Shown here one piece after another: positions 42,797 through 51,913 of a stretch of 64,000 nt of DNA. The stretch is from Gammaproteobacteria bacterium (GTDB lineage: Bacteria; Pseudomonadota; Gammaproteobacteria; UBA4575): contig CBDCUI010000008.1 of the NCBI GenBank assembly GCA_965222615.1, positions 960,001 through 1,024,000 on the forward strand, read 5' to 3'. Position numbers and translations under genes: made by a program. The notes below the pieces were generated by a model, which was not told the origin of the DNA, did no database searches, and worked only from the letters and a program-made list of their open reading frames with translations. The first letter of the stretch is position 1. The number at the start of each line of letters is the position of its first letter.

Positions 42797-43981
42797 ATGG
42801 ACTATGATGTTGCAATCATAGGCGGAGGCATACATGGTGTTGGTGTTGCACAAGCAGCGGCTGCGCAGGGTTATCAAACCGTATTGCTTGAGCAATATGA
42901 TCATTTAGCTGAGGGGACCTCATCTCGTTCCAGCAAATTAATTCATGGTGGTTTGCGTTACTTGGAACAATTTGAGCTCTCACTGGTGCGTGAATGTTTA
43001 TTAGAGCGTAGTTATTTACTTGCGAATGCTCCTGATCTTGTAAAACTTGCTCCTGTCTATATTCCGGTTTATAAGGACTCTAAACGTTCTGCATGGATGA
43101 TACGCACTGGTCTATCGTTGTATGCCATGTTGGGCAATCTAAGTGGTAATACCCGATTTAAAAAACTTGATAAAAGCAATTGGAACAATCTGCATGGATT
43201 AGAGGTGCAAAATCTACAAGCAGTTTTTCAATATTATGAAGCACAGACAGATGATCGTTTGCTGACACAGGCAGTGATGCAATCGGCACAGCAGCATGGT
43301 GCTGAGCTTAGACTAAATGCTGAGGTAAATAGGATAGAACTGGATCGAGATCATTGCACAGTCAGCTACGTTGATAAGGTAGGCAAAGAAATTTCTATTA
43401 ATAGTTTGACTGTAGTCAATGCGGCTGGGCCCTGGGCACATGAGGTGCTAAATACAGTACATCCATCGCAGGAGAATGTTGCGGTTGATCTGGTTCAAGG
43501 AACACATATTGTTTTACCAATTTATCTAGATGATGTAATTTTTTATATTGAAAGCCCTCAAGATAAACGACCTGTTTTTGTAATGCCTTGGTATGAGCAT
43601 ACAATGATCGGTACAACAGAAAGTATTTTTAACGATGACCCGAGTAAAACTTATCCTCTTGAACAAGAGATAGAATATTTATTGCAAGCTTTTTATCACT
43701 ATTTTCCAAAATATAAGCATCAAAAAATGCAAATAAATGAAAAGTTTGCGGGCTTGCGTGTATTACCAAGGAATCAACAAGATGCCAATAAACGCTCTAG
43801 GGAAACTATTTTCTTACGTGACCGTAAACACAAACCTCGGATTTTATCGATATTTGGTGGTAAATTAACGGCCTACCGCAAAACCGCTGAGCATGTGCTT
43901 GACTATCTAGACACCTCACTGCCATTAGCAAAATATCAAATTGATACTAGAGAATTGAAATTGACAAGACCAAACAATTGA
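42797..43981 (+). CDS. glpD: FAD-dependent glycerol-3-phosphate dehydrogenase/oxidase (short form)
   Basis: IGGGIHG, GTSSRSSKLIHGGLRYLE and GGKLTAYR motifs. Confidence 0.88.
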   Translation: MDYDVAIIGGGIHGVGVAQAAAAQGYQTVLLEQYDHLAEGTSSRSSKLIHGGLRYLEQFELSLVRECLLERSYLLANAPDLVKLAPVYIPVYKDSKRSAWMIRTGLSLYAMLGNLSGNTRFKKLDKSNWNNLHGLEVQNLQAVFQYYEAQTDDRLLTQAVMQSAQQHGAELRLNAEVNRIELDRDHCTVSYVDKVGKEISINSLTVVNAAGPWAHEVLNTVHPSQENVAVDLVQGTHIVLPIYLDDVIFYIESPQDKRPVFVMPWYEHTMIGTTESIFNDDPSKTYPLEQEIEYLLQAFYHYFPKYKHQKMQINEKFAGLRVLPRNQQDANKRSRETIFLRDRKHKPRILSIFGGKLTAYRKTAEHVLDYLDTSLPLAKYQIDTRELKLTRPNN

Positions 43982-43987
43982 GGAGAT

Positions 43988-44464
43988 TTATAAATTTACA
44001 GAAATTAAATAATTATAGTAGCTCTCTCGCATGGGTATTTTTGCATCGATAGATTGGTTCATGACCTCATCAAGTACTGCTTCAAACTCATCGCGAATAG
44101 TATTGAAAAAAGTTTCAGTAAGCGGATATCTACCCGTAGGTAGCGCAATTACTTTTTGCTGAAATTTAAGTGGAAAGATTAATCTATCTGCAAATAGAAT
44201 TTTTACTGCAAAAACCCAACGCCAATCCCAACAGTAAGGTACTGGAGAATTTTTTCTTATACACACATCAAGTAATTCCCCTCCATTCATTTCGCCTTTA
44301 CTGAAAATAATGGCTTGATAAGAGTTGGGATTATTTGAACAGATCAAATTTGCTTCAACGAGATCTGATTTATCTGTGTGCTGTTTAAGTTTTTTGTATA
44401 AAGCTGGATAGAAAGCTTCAAGAAAAGCCAATAACTTAGGGTATTGTTGGGCTGACGTAACCAT
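43988..44464 (-). CDS. Hypothetical protein
   Basis: 158-aa ORF filling the gap; no recognised motif. Confidence 0.6.
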   Translation of the reverse strand: MVTSAQQYPKLLAFLEAFYPALYKKLKQHTDKSDLVEANLICSNNPNSYQAIIFSKGEMNGGELLDVCIRKNSPVPYCWDWRWVFAVKILFADRLIFPLKFQQKVIALPTGRYPLTETFFNTIRDEFEAVLDEVMNQSIDAKIPMRESYYNYLISVNL

Positions 44465-44506
44465 AAATCCAAATTGTGCTAATCTAAATCTTTATACTAA
44501 CATCGT

Positions 44507-44583
44507 GCGCCTGTAGCTCAGCTGGATAGAGTACCTGGCTTCGAACCAGGTGGTCGGGGGTTCGAATCCCTCCAGGCGCGCCA
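44507..44583 (+). tRNA. tRNA-Arg(TCG)
   Basis: Cloverleaf with anticodon arm CCTGG-CTTCGAA-CCAGG; 70/77 nt identical to the ACG tRNA. Confidence 0.95.
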
Positions 44584-44621
44584 ACATCCAAATGGGTCAA
44601 TAATGGCCCATTTGGATGTTG
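44582..44621 (+). terminator. Long hairpin directly after tRNA-Arg(TCG)
   Basis: CAACATCCAAATGGG...CCCATTTGGATGTTG perfect 15-bp stem; no long U tract. Confidence 0.5.
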
Positions 44622-44935
44622 ATGCAATTGGTTAGTTTCGAACCCCCGACATAGATAATGGAGTTCGACAAATTCGTCTGGCGAGTACATGGATGTACGA
44701 GAGAGAGAACGTATCATGGAAGATGCGTACCGCTGTATAAAAACAGCAGTTTATTTTTGAATATGTGGCTAAGTCAAAATAGTCGAAAAGGGCGAGTATA
44801 GAGATATGGGAGAGAGAGTTCGCATCAGGGAGGATGCGAGCAACTTTTAGACAATCTCCCATGAAGGTATTTTGTAATCCTCCGGATATGAGCGTAGGAA
44901 CACACGAAAGAGTCTGCATCATGGAAAGTGCGCTC
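44622..44935 (+). repeat. tRNA-linked repeat C (downstream of tRNA-Arg TCG)
   Basis: Shares the TCGAAC...GGAGTTCGAC hairpin and CGCATCAGGGAGGATGCGAGCAACTTTTAGA block with repeat A. Confidence 0.85.
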
Positions 44936-45073
44936 AACAATTACCTTCAAAGCACCTGACTTTCAATGATCAATTGCCATAAATTTCACTAGTCTTCGCT
45001 GCTTATTTAACAAGTAGCATCTTCAAGTGACTCTAAGTATTTGAAAGAAGGTGAACTTAATAGAAAGTTTTTG

Positions 45074-45089
45074 TGTGACTTAAGTCACA
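45074..45089. promoter_or_regulatory. CRP/Vfr-type binding site
   Basis: TGTGA-CTTAAG-TCACA, a perfect consensus palindrome in intergenic DNA. Confidence 0.65.
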
Positions 45090-45330
45090 TTTTGGGAATC
45101 TGGTCATGTCTTAATCCACCTTTTTCATAATTCTATCAATATACTTTAAGACTCTATATTTAAGTTACACACTTAATGCAAATAGAGACGTGGACAGATA
45201 TGGAGGTAGCGAGATCTGCACGGTGCGGAAGTACCAAATAAATAAAAGTATAAAAAAGTTGATGAAGTCGAAGTTAATGAAAGTTTTTAAATGTTAACTT
45301 CATTTTCAGAGAGTTATAGGAGGTAGGGAT

Positions 45331-45444
45331 ATGCAGACAAGAAATAATTCAATATTAAGAAAGCTACTCATACCGGAAATTATATTATTTTTAATTGGTA
45401 TCTCGGGATTTTTAATACAGTTTTTTAATATATTTCCAGGCTAA
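45331..45444 (+). CDS. 37-aa single-TM small protein (not in ORF track)
   Basis: AGGAGG 7 nt upstream of ATG; MQTRNNSILRKLLIPEIILFLIGISGFLIQFFNIFPG. Confidence 0.55.
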   Translation: MQTRNNSILRKLLIPEIILFLIGISGFLIQFFNIFPG

Positions 45445-46000
45445 TTAATTGATCTGAAAGTTTAAAGCATTTACTAATTGCTAAAATCGTAATGGCAGTT
45501 CAATTATTGTCAGTGAACAATTAAATTTTTCTCTCTAATGTAAATTTCAAAAGCACGCGTATTAGTATGTGTACTTTATTTATAGCTAGTTTTTACTGGA
45601 AAATTTAAAAATATACTGGTGCATCTTCAAAGAATATTTCCATTGATTTTAGTAAGCGAGATTAATGAAGTTAGTTAGCTTATTTAGAAAAATTAGGCGA
45701 TGAATCAAACTAAATTTTACAAATAGTTTTTTAACAAAAATACTACATTAAATTATCCAGTTGTCACTGAAACATATAACAAGTATTAAGAACTACATGA
45801 TAATTAACAAAAATATAAATATATATATTTCAGAATGTTATATGACTATTTTTATTAAGTCTCAAAGTTTTATTAAACATTTGTTATCTGGTTCATTTTT
45901 TTAATAAAAAAGCAATTTTTGCTTTGGAAATATTCGGTGTGATGTTAAAGTACCTGCTTCATTAAATAAGTGATAGCTTTTAAAGAGGGAGGATTATTTA

Positions 46001-46252
46001 ATGAGTGAAGAGAAATCACAAAGTGAATCTAGAAGAAGGTTTTTAAAAACCACTGGCAAATTTGCTATCTATACACCACCTGCATTGTTTTTAATGAGTA
46101 AAGCCAATGCGAATCACAGCGACTTGTATAAATCTGTCAAGCCAAATGGCATACGTCGTGGTAAACGTAATGGCCAACGCAGAAGCTATGGGCGTCGTAG
46201 ACGTTATGGCCGACGCGGGTTAAGGAGACGACTTAGAAGGTTCTTCTCTTAG
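46001..46252 (+). CDS. Putative RiPP-like precursor: Tat-type SRRRFLK, YTPPAL motif, Arg-rich tail
   Basis: Strong GGAGGA RBS; directly upstream of an RRE-kinase gene. Confidence 0.8.
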   Translation: MSEEKSQSESRRRFLKTTGKFAIYTPPALFLMSKANANHSDLYKSVKPNGIRRGKRNGQRRSYGRRRRYGRRGLRRRLRRFFS

Positions 46253-46440
46253 AAAAAGTCATATCTAGATTTTATCTATAGAATCAAATCATATTTGGTG
46301 CCAAAACAAGAGTTTAGCGCCCCTTCCATATACAAATTTTAAAGCGCTGATCTAAAGGGGGCTATCTTTTCCCCTTTTTGTATAAATATCCGCTAACCTA
46401 TTGAATAGAGTTCAATAAAATATTTTGTCAAACATTACTC

Positions 46441-47634
46441 ATGTCTAGCCAGCTAAGCTCAGTATTTCCTTTGCCTAATGATTCAATTAGCACATATCTA
46501 ATTGATAATGAACTTATCGTGTTTGATGCTCGTTCTAGACAGCTAGTGCGTCTAAATGGGACAGCAACTCAAATCTGGAAGATGCATGAGAATAATATAA
46601 CTACAGATGAAATAGCCTCTGAATTATCAGCGATCTATGGATTAAAAAAAACAGAGTTACTCCCTGATATCCGCATGGCTTTAAACGAATGGCATGTAAT
46701 GGGTATGTTGGGGAATGAACATATACCAACTGTAGAAGAGGAAGCTGATGTTCTTGATCATTTGAAACAAACAACTGTAAATTATCAAGATAGACAAGGT
46801 TTTATTAAAGTAAAAGAATTTACATTTTTAGATACGGGATTTGTTATAGAAGCATCAAGTGATGAGCTTAAAAAAATTTTATTGCCATTATTTTCGCATT
46901 TGGGAAAAATAGAAAGTAAAACCACTCATAAAATAAAAGTTATAGAAGAAAATTCTAGTTATGTTGTGTTAGATGGCGATATGGAATTAGGGTGTACTAA
47001 TAGACTTGAAGAAATTGCACCGATAGTCAATGCACATGTGTTGGTAGTAGGTTTTTTAGAGGTGGACTGTCTTTCAGTTTTTCATTCAGGTGTGATATAT
47101 GATGAAACTGGAGTAGTGTTATTAAGTGCAGGAAGTGGTAGTGGTAAGTCAACATTAACTGCTGCATTGATGTGTGCCGGGAAAACTTTTTTCACAGACG
47201 AGTTAGCTATTCTTACACACGATAAAAAAATACGCCCTGCACCTGGTTGTGTTGGCTTAAAAGAAGGCTCATGGAACGTAATTGAAGAATTCTATCCAAG
47301 CATTTTTAAATTACCTACTCATATGCGTCAGGACGATAAGGTAGTTAAATATGTCCCACCAGCTTCACTGCCTTCTGTCGAGCAACTGAAACATGGAGAG
47401 AAGGTGCGAGCGATAGTATTCCCAAATTATTCACCTGACTGCCAATCAGCATTGGTGGAGATTTCTGCTGTAGATGCCCTGGTGAAAATAACCGATGCAG
47501 GTTATCACACAAACCAAACTTTGAATCATGAATCTGTAGCTAAATTGGTTGATTGGATTGTGGATATACCTGCCTATGAGTTAAAAGTAAACGACCTTAA
47601 AGAAGCGGTTGATCTCGTATCAAAATTATTTTAA
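46441..47634 (+). CDS. PqqD/RRE domain fused to an HprK-related kinase
   Basis: N-terminal LN.TA..IW winged-helix RRE pattern; FHSG...GSGSGKSTL...TDE kinase motifs. Confidence 0.85.
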   Translation: MSSQLSSVFPLPNDSISTYLIDNELIVFDARSRQLVRLNGTATQIWKMHENNITTDEIASELSAIYGLKKTELLPDIRMALNEWHVMGMLGNEHIPTVEEEADVLDHLKQTTVNYQDRQGFIKVKEFTFLDTGFVIEASSDELKKILLPLFSHLGKIESKTTHKIKVIEENSSYVVLDGDMELGCTNRLEEIAPIVNAHVLVVGFLEVDCLSVFHSGVIYDETGVVLLSAGSGSGKSTLTAALMCAGKTFFTDELAILTHDKKIRPAPGCVGLKEGSWNVIEEFYPSIFKLPTHMRQDDKVVKYVPPASLPSVEQLKHGEKVRAIVFPNYSPDCQSALVEISAVDALVKITDAGYHTNQTLNHESVAKLVDWIVDIPAYELKVNDLKEAVDLVSKLF

Positions 47635-47639
47635 GTAAT

Positions 47640-48680
47640 ATGAGTTATCACGAATATCGTTTTATTACGTCTACAGTATCTCCGTTTATTTCAGCTGAGG
47701 AATTAGTAAAGCAGATTAAATCAAATGAACCACTGAACTGGGAAGTGGTAGCAGATATTGCAGGCACTCATTCAATCATTCAAGCGCTATACCCAGCATT
47801 TATTGAAAAAGATGTTGTAGGTTATATTCCAAATGAATTTCTGGATTATGCACAACATTTAAGTGAACTAAACCAAGATCGTAATCGAATGATGAAGGCA
47901 CAGCTGATTGAGGCTGTGTCTATTATTAACAAGTCTGGAATAAAACCCCTATTGATGAAAGGCGCAGCACATCTCATACTCGATACATTTTCGAGGACTT
48001 CTGATCGATTATTAACAGATTTGGATATCCTAGTTCCTGCAGATGAAATCAAGCGCATTAGCGAAGCATTTATTGAAGCTGGCTATACATTTTACGAAGA
48101 AAAGATTGATTTTATAGAAACCCACCATCACTACCCTCCATTAATCAAGCAAGGTGAATGTGCAATGATTGAGTTGCATCGAGAGTTAATGTTTAGTGAG
48201 CAGCAACATATATTTCCAACAAAACGTGCGTGGGAAAATACTATTGATATTACGTTGTCTGGGAATGCTCAAGCTAAAGTACTCAATCCAACCTATAGAG
48301 TGTTTCTTAGTTTCTTGCATAATAGTTTGGTTGACTCTCTTTATCTAAAAGGCTACGTTGAAATTCGACAATTGCACGAACTGGCTAGAACTCAGTTTGT
48401 ATATTCTCCCGATATAGATTGGGGAGCAATGCAAAGCTATGCGCACGAAAAAAATGTTTCTAAACAACTAGACGCTAATTTATATGCGGCTAGTAAGTTT
48501 ATGGGTATTCCAGAATTTATGGAGTTTATCAACAATAATGTAATAAGTGCTGTATTACATTACTACAGAGTTTGTTTAAAGCTTAAATATAGTTGGTTTG
48601 AAACCTTGGATGCTAAGCTATATAGAAGAAAAAAACGCATGCGTTCCAGAACTAATCTGCCATCTCACGAAACTGTATGA
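47640..48680 (+). CDS. Nucleotidyltransferase (NTP_transf_5-like)
   Basis: LLMKGAA, R...DLDILV and IELH motifs. Confidence 0.85.
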   Translation: MSYHEYRFITSTVSPFISAEELVKQIKSNEPLNWEVVADIAGTHSIIQALYPAFIEKDVVGYIPNEFLDYAQHLSELNQDRNRMMKAQLIEAVSIINKSGIKPLLMKGAAHLILDTFSRTSDRLLTDLDILVPADEIKRISEAFIEAGYTFYEEKIDFIETHHHYPPLIKQGECAMIELHRELMFSEQQHIFPTKRAWENTIDITLSGNAQAKVLNPTYRVFLSFLHNSLVDSLYLKGYVEIRQLHELARTQFVYSPDIDWGAMQSYAHEKNVSKQLDANLYAASKFMGIPEFMEFINNNVISAVLHYYRVCLKLKYSWFETLDAKLYRRKKRMRSRTNLPSHETV

Positions 48681-48709
48681 AAATTATTGCGCTTGTTTTC
48701 TAGTTTCAA

Positions 48710-49168
48710 ATGAAAACTAAGGCAATAACAAATACACATTATTTTTTCTTTTTTTTAAGTATTTTTCTCGTTGCATGTAGTGACACCTCTGAGTTGAAGC
48801 CTTTTACTAGTGATGGGTGTTCTCTTTTTCCAGATGGTTCTTTAATTAGTAAAAAAGATTGGTGCGAATGTTGTTTTCAACATGACTTAGCCTATTGGCG
48901 TGGAGGTACTGAGAAAGAACGCGAAATCGCAGATGCTAAGTTGAAAGCATGTGTATATGAGAAAACCGGTGATGAGACCCTAGCAAAAATTATGTATGAC
49001 GGGGTGCGTCTTGGCGGTAGTCCTTATTTTTATAATTGGTATCGTTGGGGATATGGCTGGTCTTATCAGAGGAAGTATCAAGCATTAACAGATGTTGAGT
49101 TAAAGCAAGTAACAAGACTTATAGAAGAGCACCAAATAAGCAGCATAAAATATTGCCAAACTTATTGA
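48710..49168 (+). CDS. Cys/Trp-rich lipoprotein with phospholipase A2-like CCxxHDxxY motif
   Basis: LVAC lipobox; SDGCS...CCFQHDLAYW. Confidence 0.65.
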   Translation: MKTKAITNTHYFFFFLSIFLVACSDTSELKPFTSDGCSLFPDGSLISKKDWCECCFQHDLAYWRGGTEKEREIADAKLKACVYEKTGDETLAKIMYDGVRLGGSPYFYNWYRWGYGWSYQRKYQALTDVELKQVTRLIEEHQISSIKYCQTY

Positions 49169-49210
49169 AAGTTCTCCATATGTTCTCTATAATGAGAACA
49201 TATGGAGAAT
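49165..49210 (+). promoter_or_regulatory. lexA promoter (TTGAAA-17-TATAAT) with two inverted GTTC-N7-GTTC-type operators
   Basis: A 16-bp perfect inverted repeat (49172-49187 / 49194-49209) flanks the -10 hexamer. Confidence 0.85.
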
Positions 49211-49214
49211 ATTT

Positions 49215-49805
49215 ATGCCAACTGAACGAGAGCATGCCACGCTACAATTCATCGCAGATTATATACTCAGACACCGCAAGGCGCCCCTACTAACGGAAAT
49301 TGCTAAGGGTTTGGGCATTCAGTCTAAGGGCGTTGTACACCGATATTTATCCGCATTAGAAGAGCAAGGCTATATTCGCCGTTATCAAAAGCATCGGGGT
49401 ATAGAATTGATCGACTATCCCGATTACGACGAATTGCCGTTGTTGGGGCGCATTGCTGCAGGTAAACCCATTGAAGCAATTGAAGATCGTGAGTTGATTA
49501 GTTTTGCACATTTGCTAGGTGGCCCCAATCGCTATGTGTTGCAAGTTAAAGGTCTTTCTATGATTGACGAGGGCATTCGCAGTGGCGACCTTGTGGTAAT
49601 CGAACAATCTAATACAGCGCGTAACAACCAAATTGTGGTGGCATTGATCGATAACCACGAAGCTACTTTAAAAAGAATTAAATTTCTAAATAGAGACGTG
49701 ATTCGTTTGATTCCTGCAAATAAAAATATGCAACCTAAAAACTATTCAGCTGATCGCGTCACGATACAAGGGGTATTGGTTGGTCAAGTGAGAGTGTATT
49801 CATAG
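49215..49805 (+). CDS. lexA: LexA-family repressor
   Basis: wHTH domain; IAAG cleavage site; GLSM Ser and TLKR Lys catalytic dyad. Confidence 0.93.
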   Translation: MPTEREHATLQFIADYILRHRKAPLLTEIAKGLGIQSKGVVHRYLSALEEQGYIRRYQKHRGIELIDYPDYDELPLLGRIAAGKPIEAIEDRELISFAHLLGGPNRYVLQVKGLSMIDEGIRSGDLVVIEQSNTARNNQIVVALIDNHEATLKRIKFLNRDVIRLIPANKNMQPKNYSADRVTIQGVLVGQVRVYS

Positions 49806-49808
49806 CAC

Positions 49809-51026
49809 ATGAAGCGTTGGCCGCGTGCAGTTATTTTTATCGACATGGATGCCTTTTTTGCTAGTGTCGAACAAAATTCACGACCTGAATTACGTGGAAA
49901 GCCAATCGGTATTACTAATGGTCTTACCGGCACCTGTTTTATTACTTGTTCGTACGAAGCAAGAAGGTATGGAATAAAAACTGGTATGCGGCTTAAAGAA
50001 GCACGTAGTTTATGTCCACATGTGCAACAAATTCCTGCAAGAGCAGAATTATATGCCGAAGTATCTACACGCATTATGTCGGCATTGCAGTCAGTTACTC
50101 CTGATATCGAAATATTTTCAGTTGATGAAGCTTTTCTTGATGTCACTCATTGTCAGGGTATTTATAAAAATCCTATGCATGCAGCCGAACTTGCTAAACA
50201 AATTGTTGAAAAGGCGGGTGGAGTAACCTGTAGTATAGGCATTAGCGGTGATAAAACCACAGCAAAGTATGCAGCTAAAACTAAAAAACCTGGAGGGCTA
50301 ATATCCGTGCCGCCTTGGAAGGCGCGTGACTTTTTACAAGATGTACCTGTTACTGAATTATGTGGAATTGCTAGAGGCATAGGGGAATTTCTTAATGATA
50401 GAAAAATCTATGTCTGTGGCGACATGATTAAACTTCCAATTGGTGAGCTTGCGGGGCGATTTGGTAATTTAGGTCGACGTATTTGGTATATGGCACAAGG
50501 TTTAGATCCAGAGCCTATAAAGCAAACTATAGCTGCACCGAAATCAATTGGACATGGGAAAATAATGCCGCCTAACACAAGAAGTCCTAATGTATTAAAA
50601 ACTTATTTACATCATATGAGTGAAAAAGTTGCAGCGCGTTTGCGTAAACATGCATTTGAGGCACAATGTTTTTTTGTTGGATTCCGTACTAGCCATAAAT
50701 GGTTGGCTGATAAATTTCGAGTGGAAGAGCCTACTGATGACGGACGAGAAATTAGAATGGTTGCAGAAAAGATACTTGGAGTTTGGAAAGGCGAGGGCGT
50801 GTTTCAAGTACAGATTACGGCGCTTGATCTGCGTCCACGCGGGAATCAACTGTCTTTTTTTAATATTGTAGATGAACAGCAGCAATGTCTAAATCAAGCG
50901 ATGGACCAAATCAATGAGCGCTTTGGTGAATTTGCAATTACCTCTGCTACATTGTTGAACCGTTCTGAGATGCCTAATGTGATATCTCCTTCATGGAAGC
51001 CGGTTGGGCATCGAAGGACAGTATAA
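49809..51026 (+). CDS. dinB: Y-family DNA polymerase IV
   Basis: DMDAFFASVE, SYEAR and SVDEAFLD motifs. Confidence 0.92.
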   Translation: MKRWPRAVIFIDMDAFFASVEQNSRPELRGKPIGITNGLTGTCFITCSYEARRYGIKTGMRLKEARSLCPHVQQIPARAELYAEVSTRIMSALQSVTPDIEIFSVDEAFLDVTHCQGIYKNPMHAAELAKQIVEKAGGVTCSIGISGDKTTAKYAAKTKKPGGLISVPPWKARDFLQDVPVTELCGIARGIGEFLNDRKIYVCGDMIKLPIGELAGRFGNLGRRIWYMAQGLDPEPIKQTIAAPKSIGHGKIMPPNTRSPNVLKTYLHHMSEKVAARLRKHAFEAQCFFVGFRTSHKWLADKFRVEEPTDDGREIRMVAEKILGVWKGEGVFQVQITALDLRPRGNQLSFFNIVDEQQQCLNQAMDQINERFGEFAITSATLLNRSEMPNVISPSWKPVGHRRTV

Positions 51027-51182
51027 GTACATGGTTTAATTATTTGGGATACACAGGTCATCGAAGAACAGTGTGAGCACATAGTTCATTTAACATGAAG
51101 TCTGCTGGTCATCGAAAGACAGTATGAGCGCATGATTCATTTATGCGGGATTGGCAGGTTATCGAAAGACAGTGTGTGAGCA
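51006..51182 (+). repeat. Four degenerate ~50-bp tandem units beginning inside the dinB 3' end
   Basis: GG(G/T)(C/T)ATCGAA..ACAGT at 51006, 51056, 51107 and 51157. Confidence 0.85.
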
Positions 51183-51480
51183 ATAAGATAGAGATCTTTC
51201 TTTGAGCTTTAGCTGAGGAGGCTCAAGCAGAGTCAGTAATATACCAATTCTGTTTAAAAGCAACTGAGAATTTCTTATGCGATGCAAATGGTTGTAATAG
51301 ACAGATAAATGGTAATAAATTCACCTAAAATCTGTGACTTACTTGCCGTTAATCTTTTACATGTAGCCTTTTAGTGAAATTGTCAAGGAAAATTAAGTCC
51401 ACATTCATACAATAGGTTACGACAATTAGGTCAAAGTAGTTTGGTTATAGGGAATAACTTTTGATGAAAAGGAGCACTTC

Positions 51481-51669
51481 ATGATATCAGCCAAAAGCAT
51501 TGAACGGCTTTATCAATCGTCAAAGCCATCAAAACTTCGTGCAGCGAGAAAATTGTACTCGTTACATACCAATTTAGATAGTGTAGAAGATACGACTATG
51601 GATACTCATTTAAGTCGTGATCAAGTCTTAGAAATTTATGATTGGATAGCGCAGTTGAATGCACAATAA
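51481..51669 (+). CDS. Small hypothetical protein
   Basis: AAGGAG RBS; 62 aa. Confidence 0.6.
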   Translation: MISAKSIERLYQSSKPSKLRAARKLYSLHTNLDSVEDTTMDTHLSRDQVLEIYDWIAQLNAQ

Positions 51670-51738
51670 TTTTTTGAAATTAAAGTACGGTTAATTTTTG
51701 GGAGCCTTTATAAACGCTAACTTAAATAGGGATGTAAT

Positions 51739-51837
51739 ATGGATGTAACACACACAATACTAATGTATGACATTATTGCACTAGTTGGAATTATAGTAGC
51801 AAGTTCTGTTTATTTGTACCGTCGGAAGTTTCACTAG
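51739..51837 (+). CDS. 32-aa single-TM small protein (not in ORF track)
   Basis: AGGGA RBS; MDVTHTILMYDIIALVGIIVASSVYLYRRKFH. Confidence 0.5.
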   Translation: MDVTHTILMYDIIALVGIIVASSVYLYRRKFH

Positions 51838-51913
51838 AAAGTTAAAATTAAGAGACTAGAGGTTTCTTAAATAACAGAGTCCAACTCCAAGCGTTTAACA
51901 CGCTTATAATAAT

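Noticed and set aside
44484-44940. ORFs 44484-44717 and 44632-44940 (minus strand)
   Set aside because: Antisense translations of the tRNA and repeat C; their similarity to ORF 38113 reflects the DNA repeat.
46001-48680. Complete lasso peptide gene cluster
   Set aside because: No asparagine-synthetase-like cyclase or B2 peptidase in the window, and the core is long and Arg-rich rather than lasso-like.
51006-51182. CRISPR array interpretation of the post-dinB repeats
   Set aside because: Repeats are degenerate, the 13-14-nt linkers are too short and resemble each other, the first unit is coding sequence, and there are no cas genes in the window.
44584-51200. Integrative element or prophage at tRNA-Arg(TCG)
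   Set aside because: No integrase or phage genes, and I saw no distal copy of this tRNA's 3' end; island-like content only.
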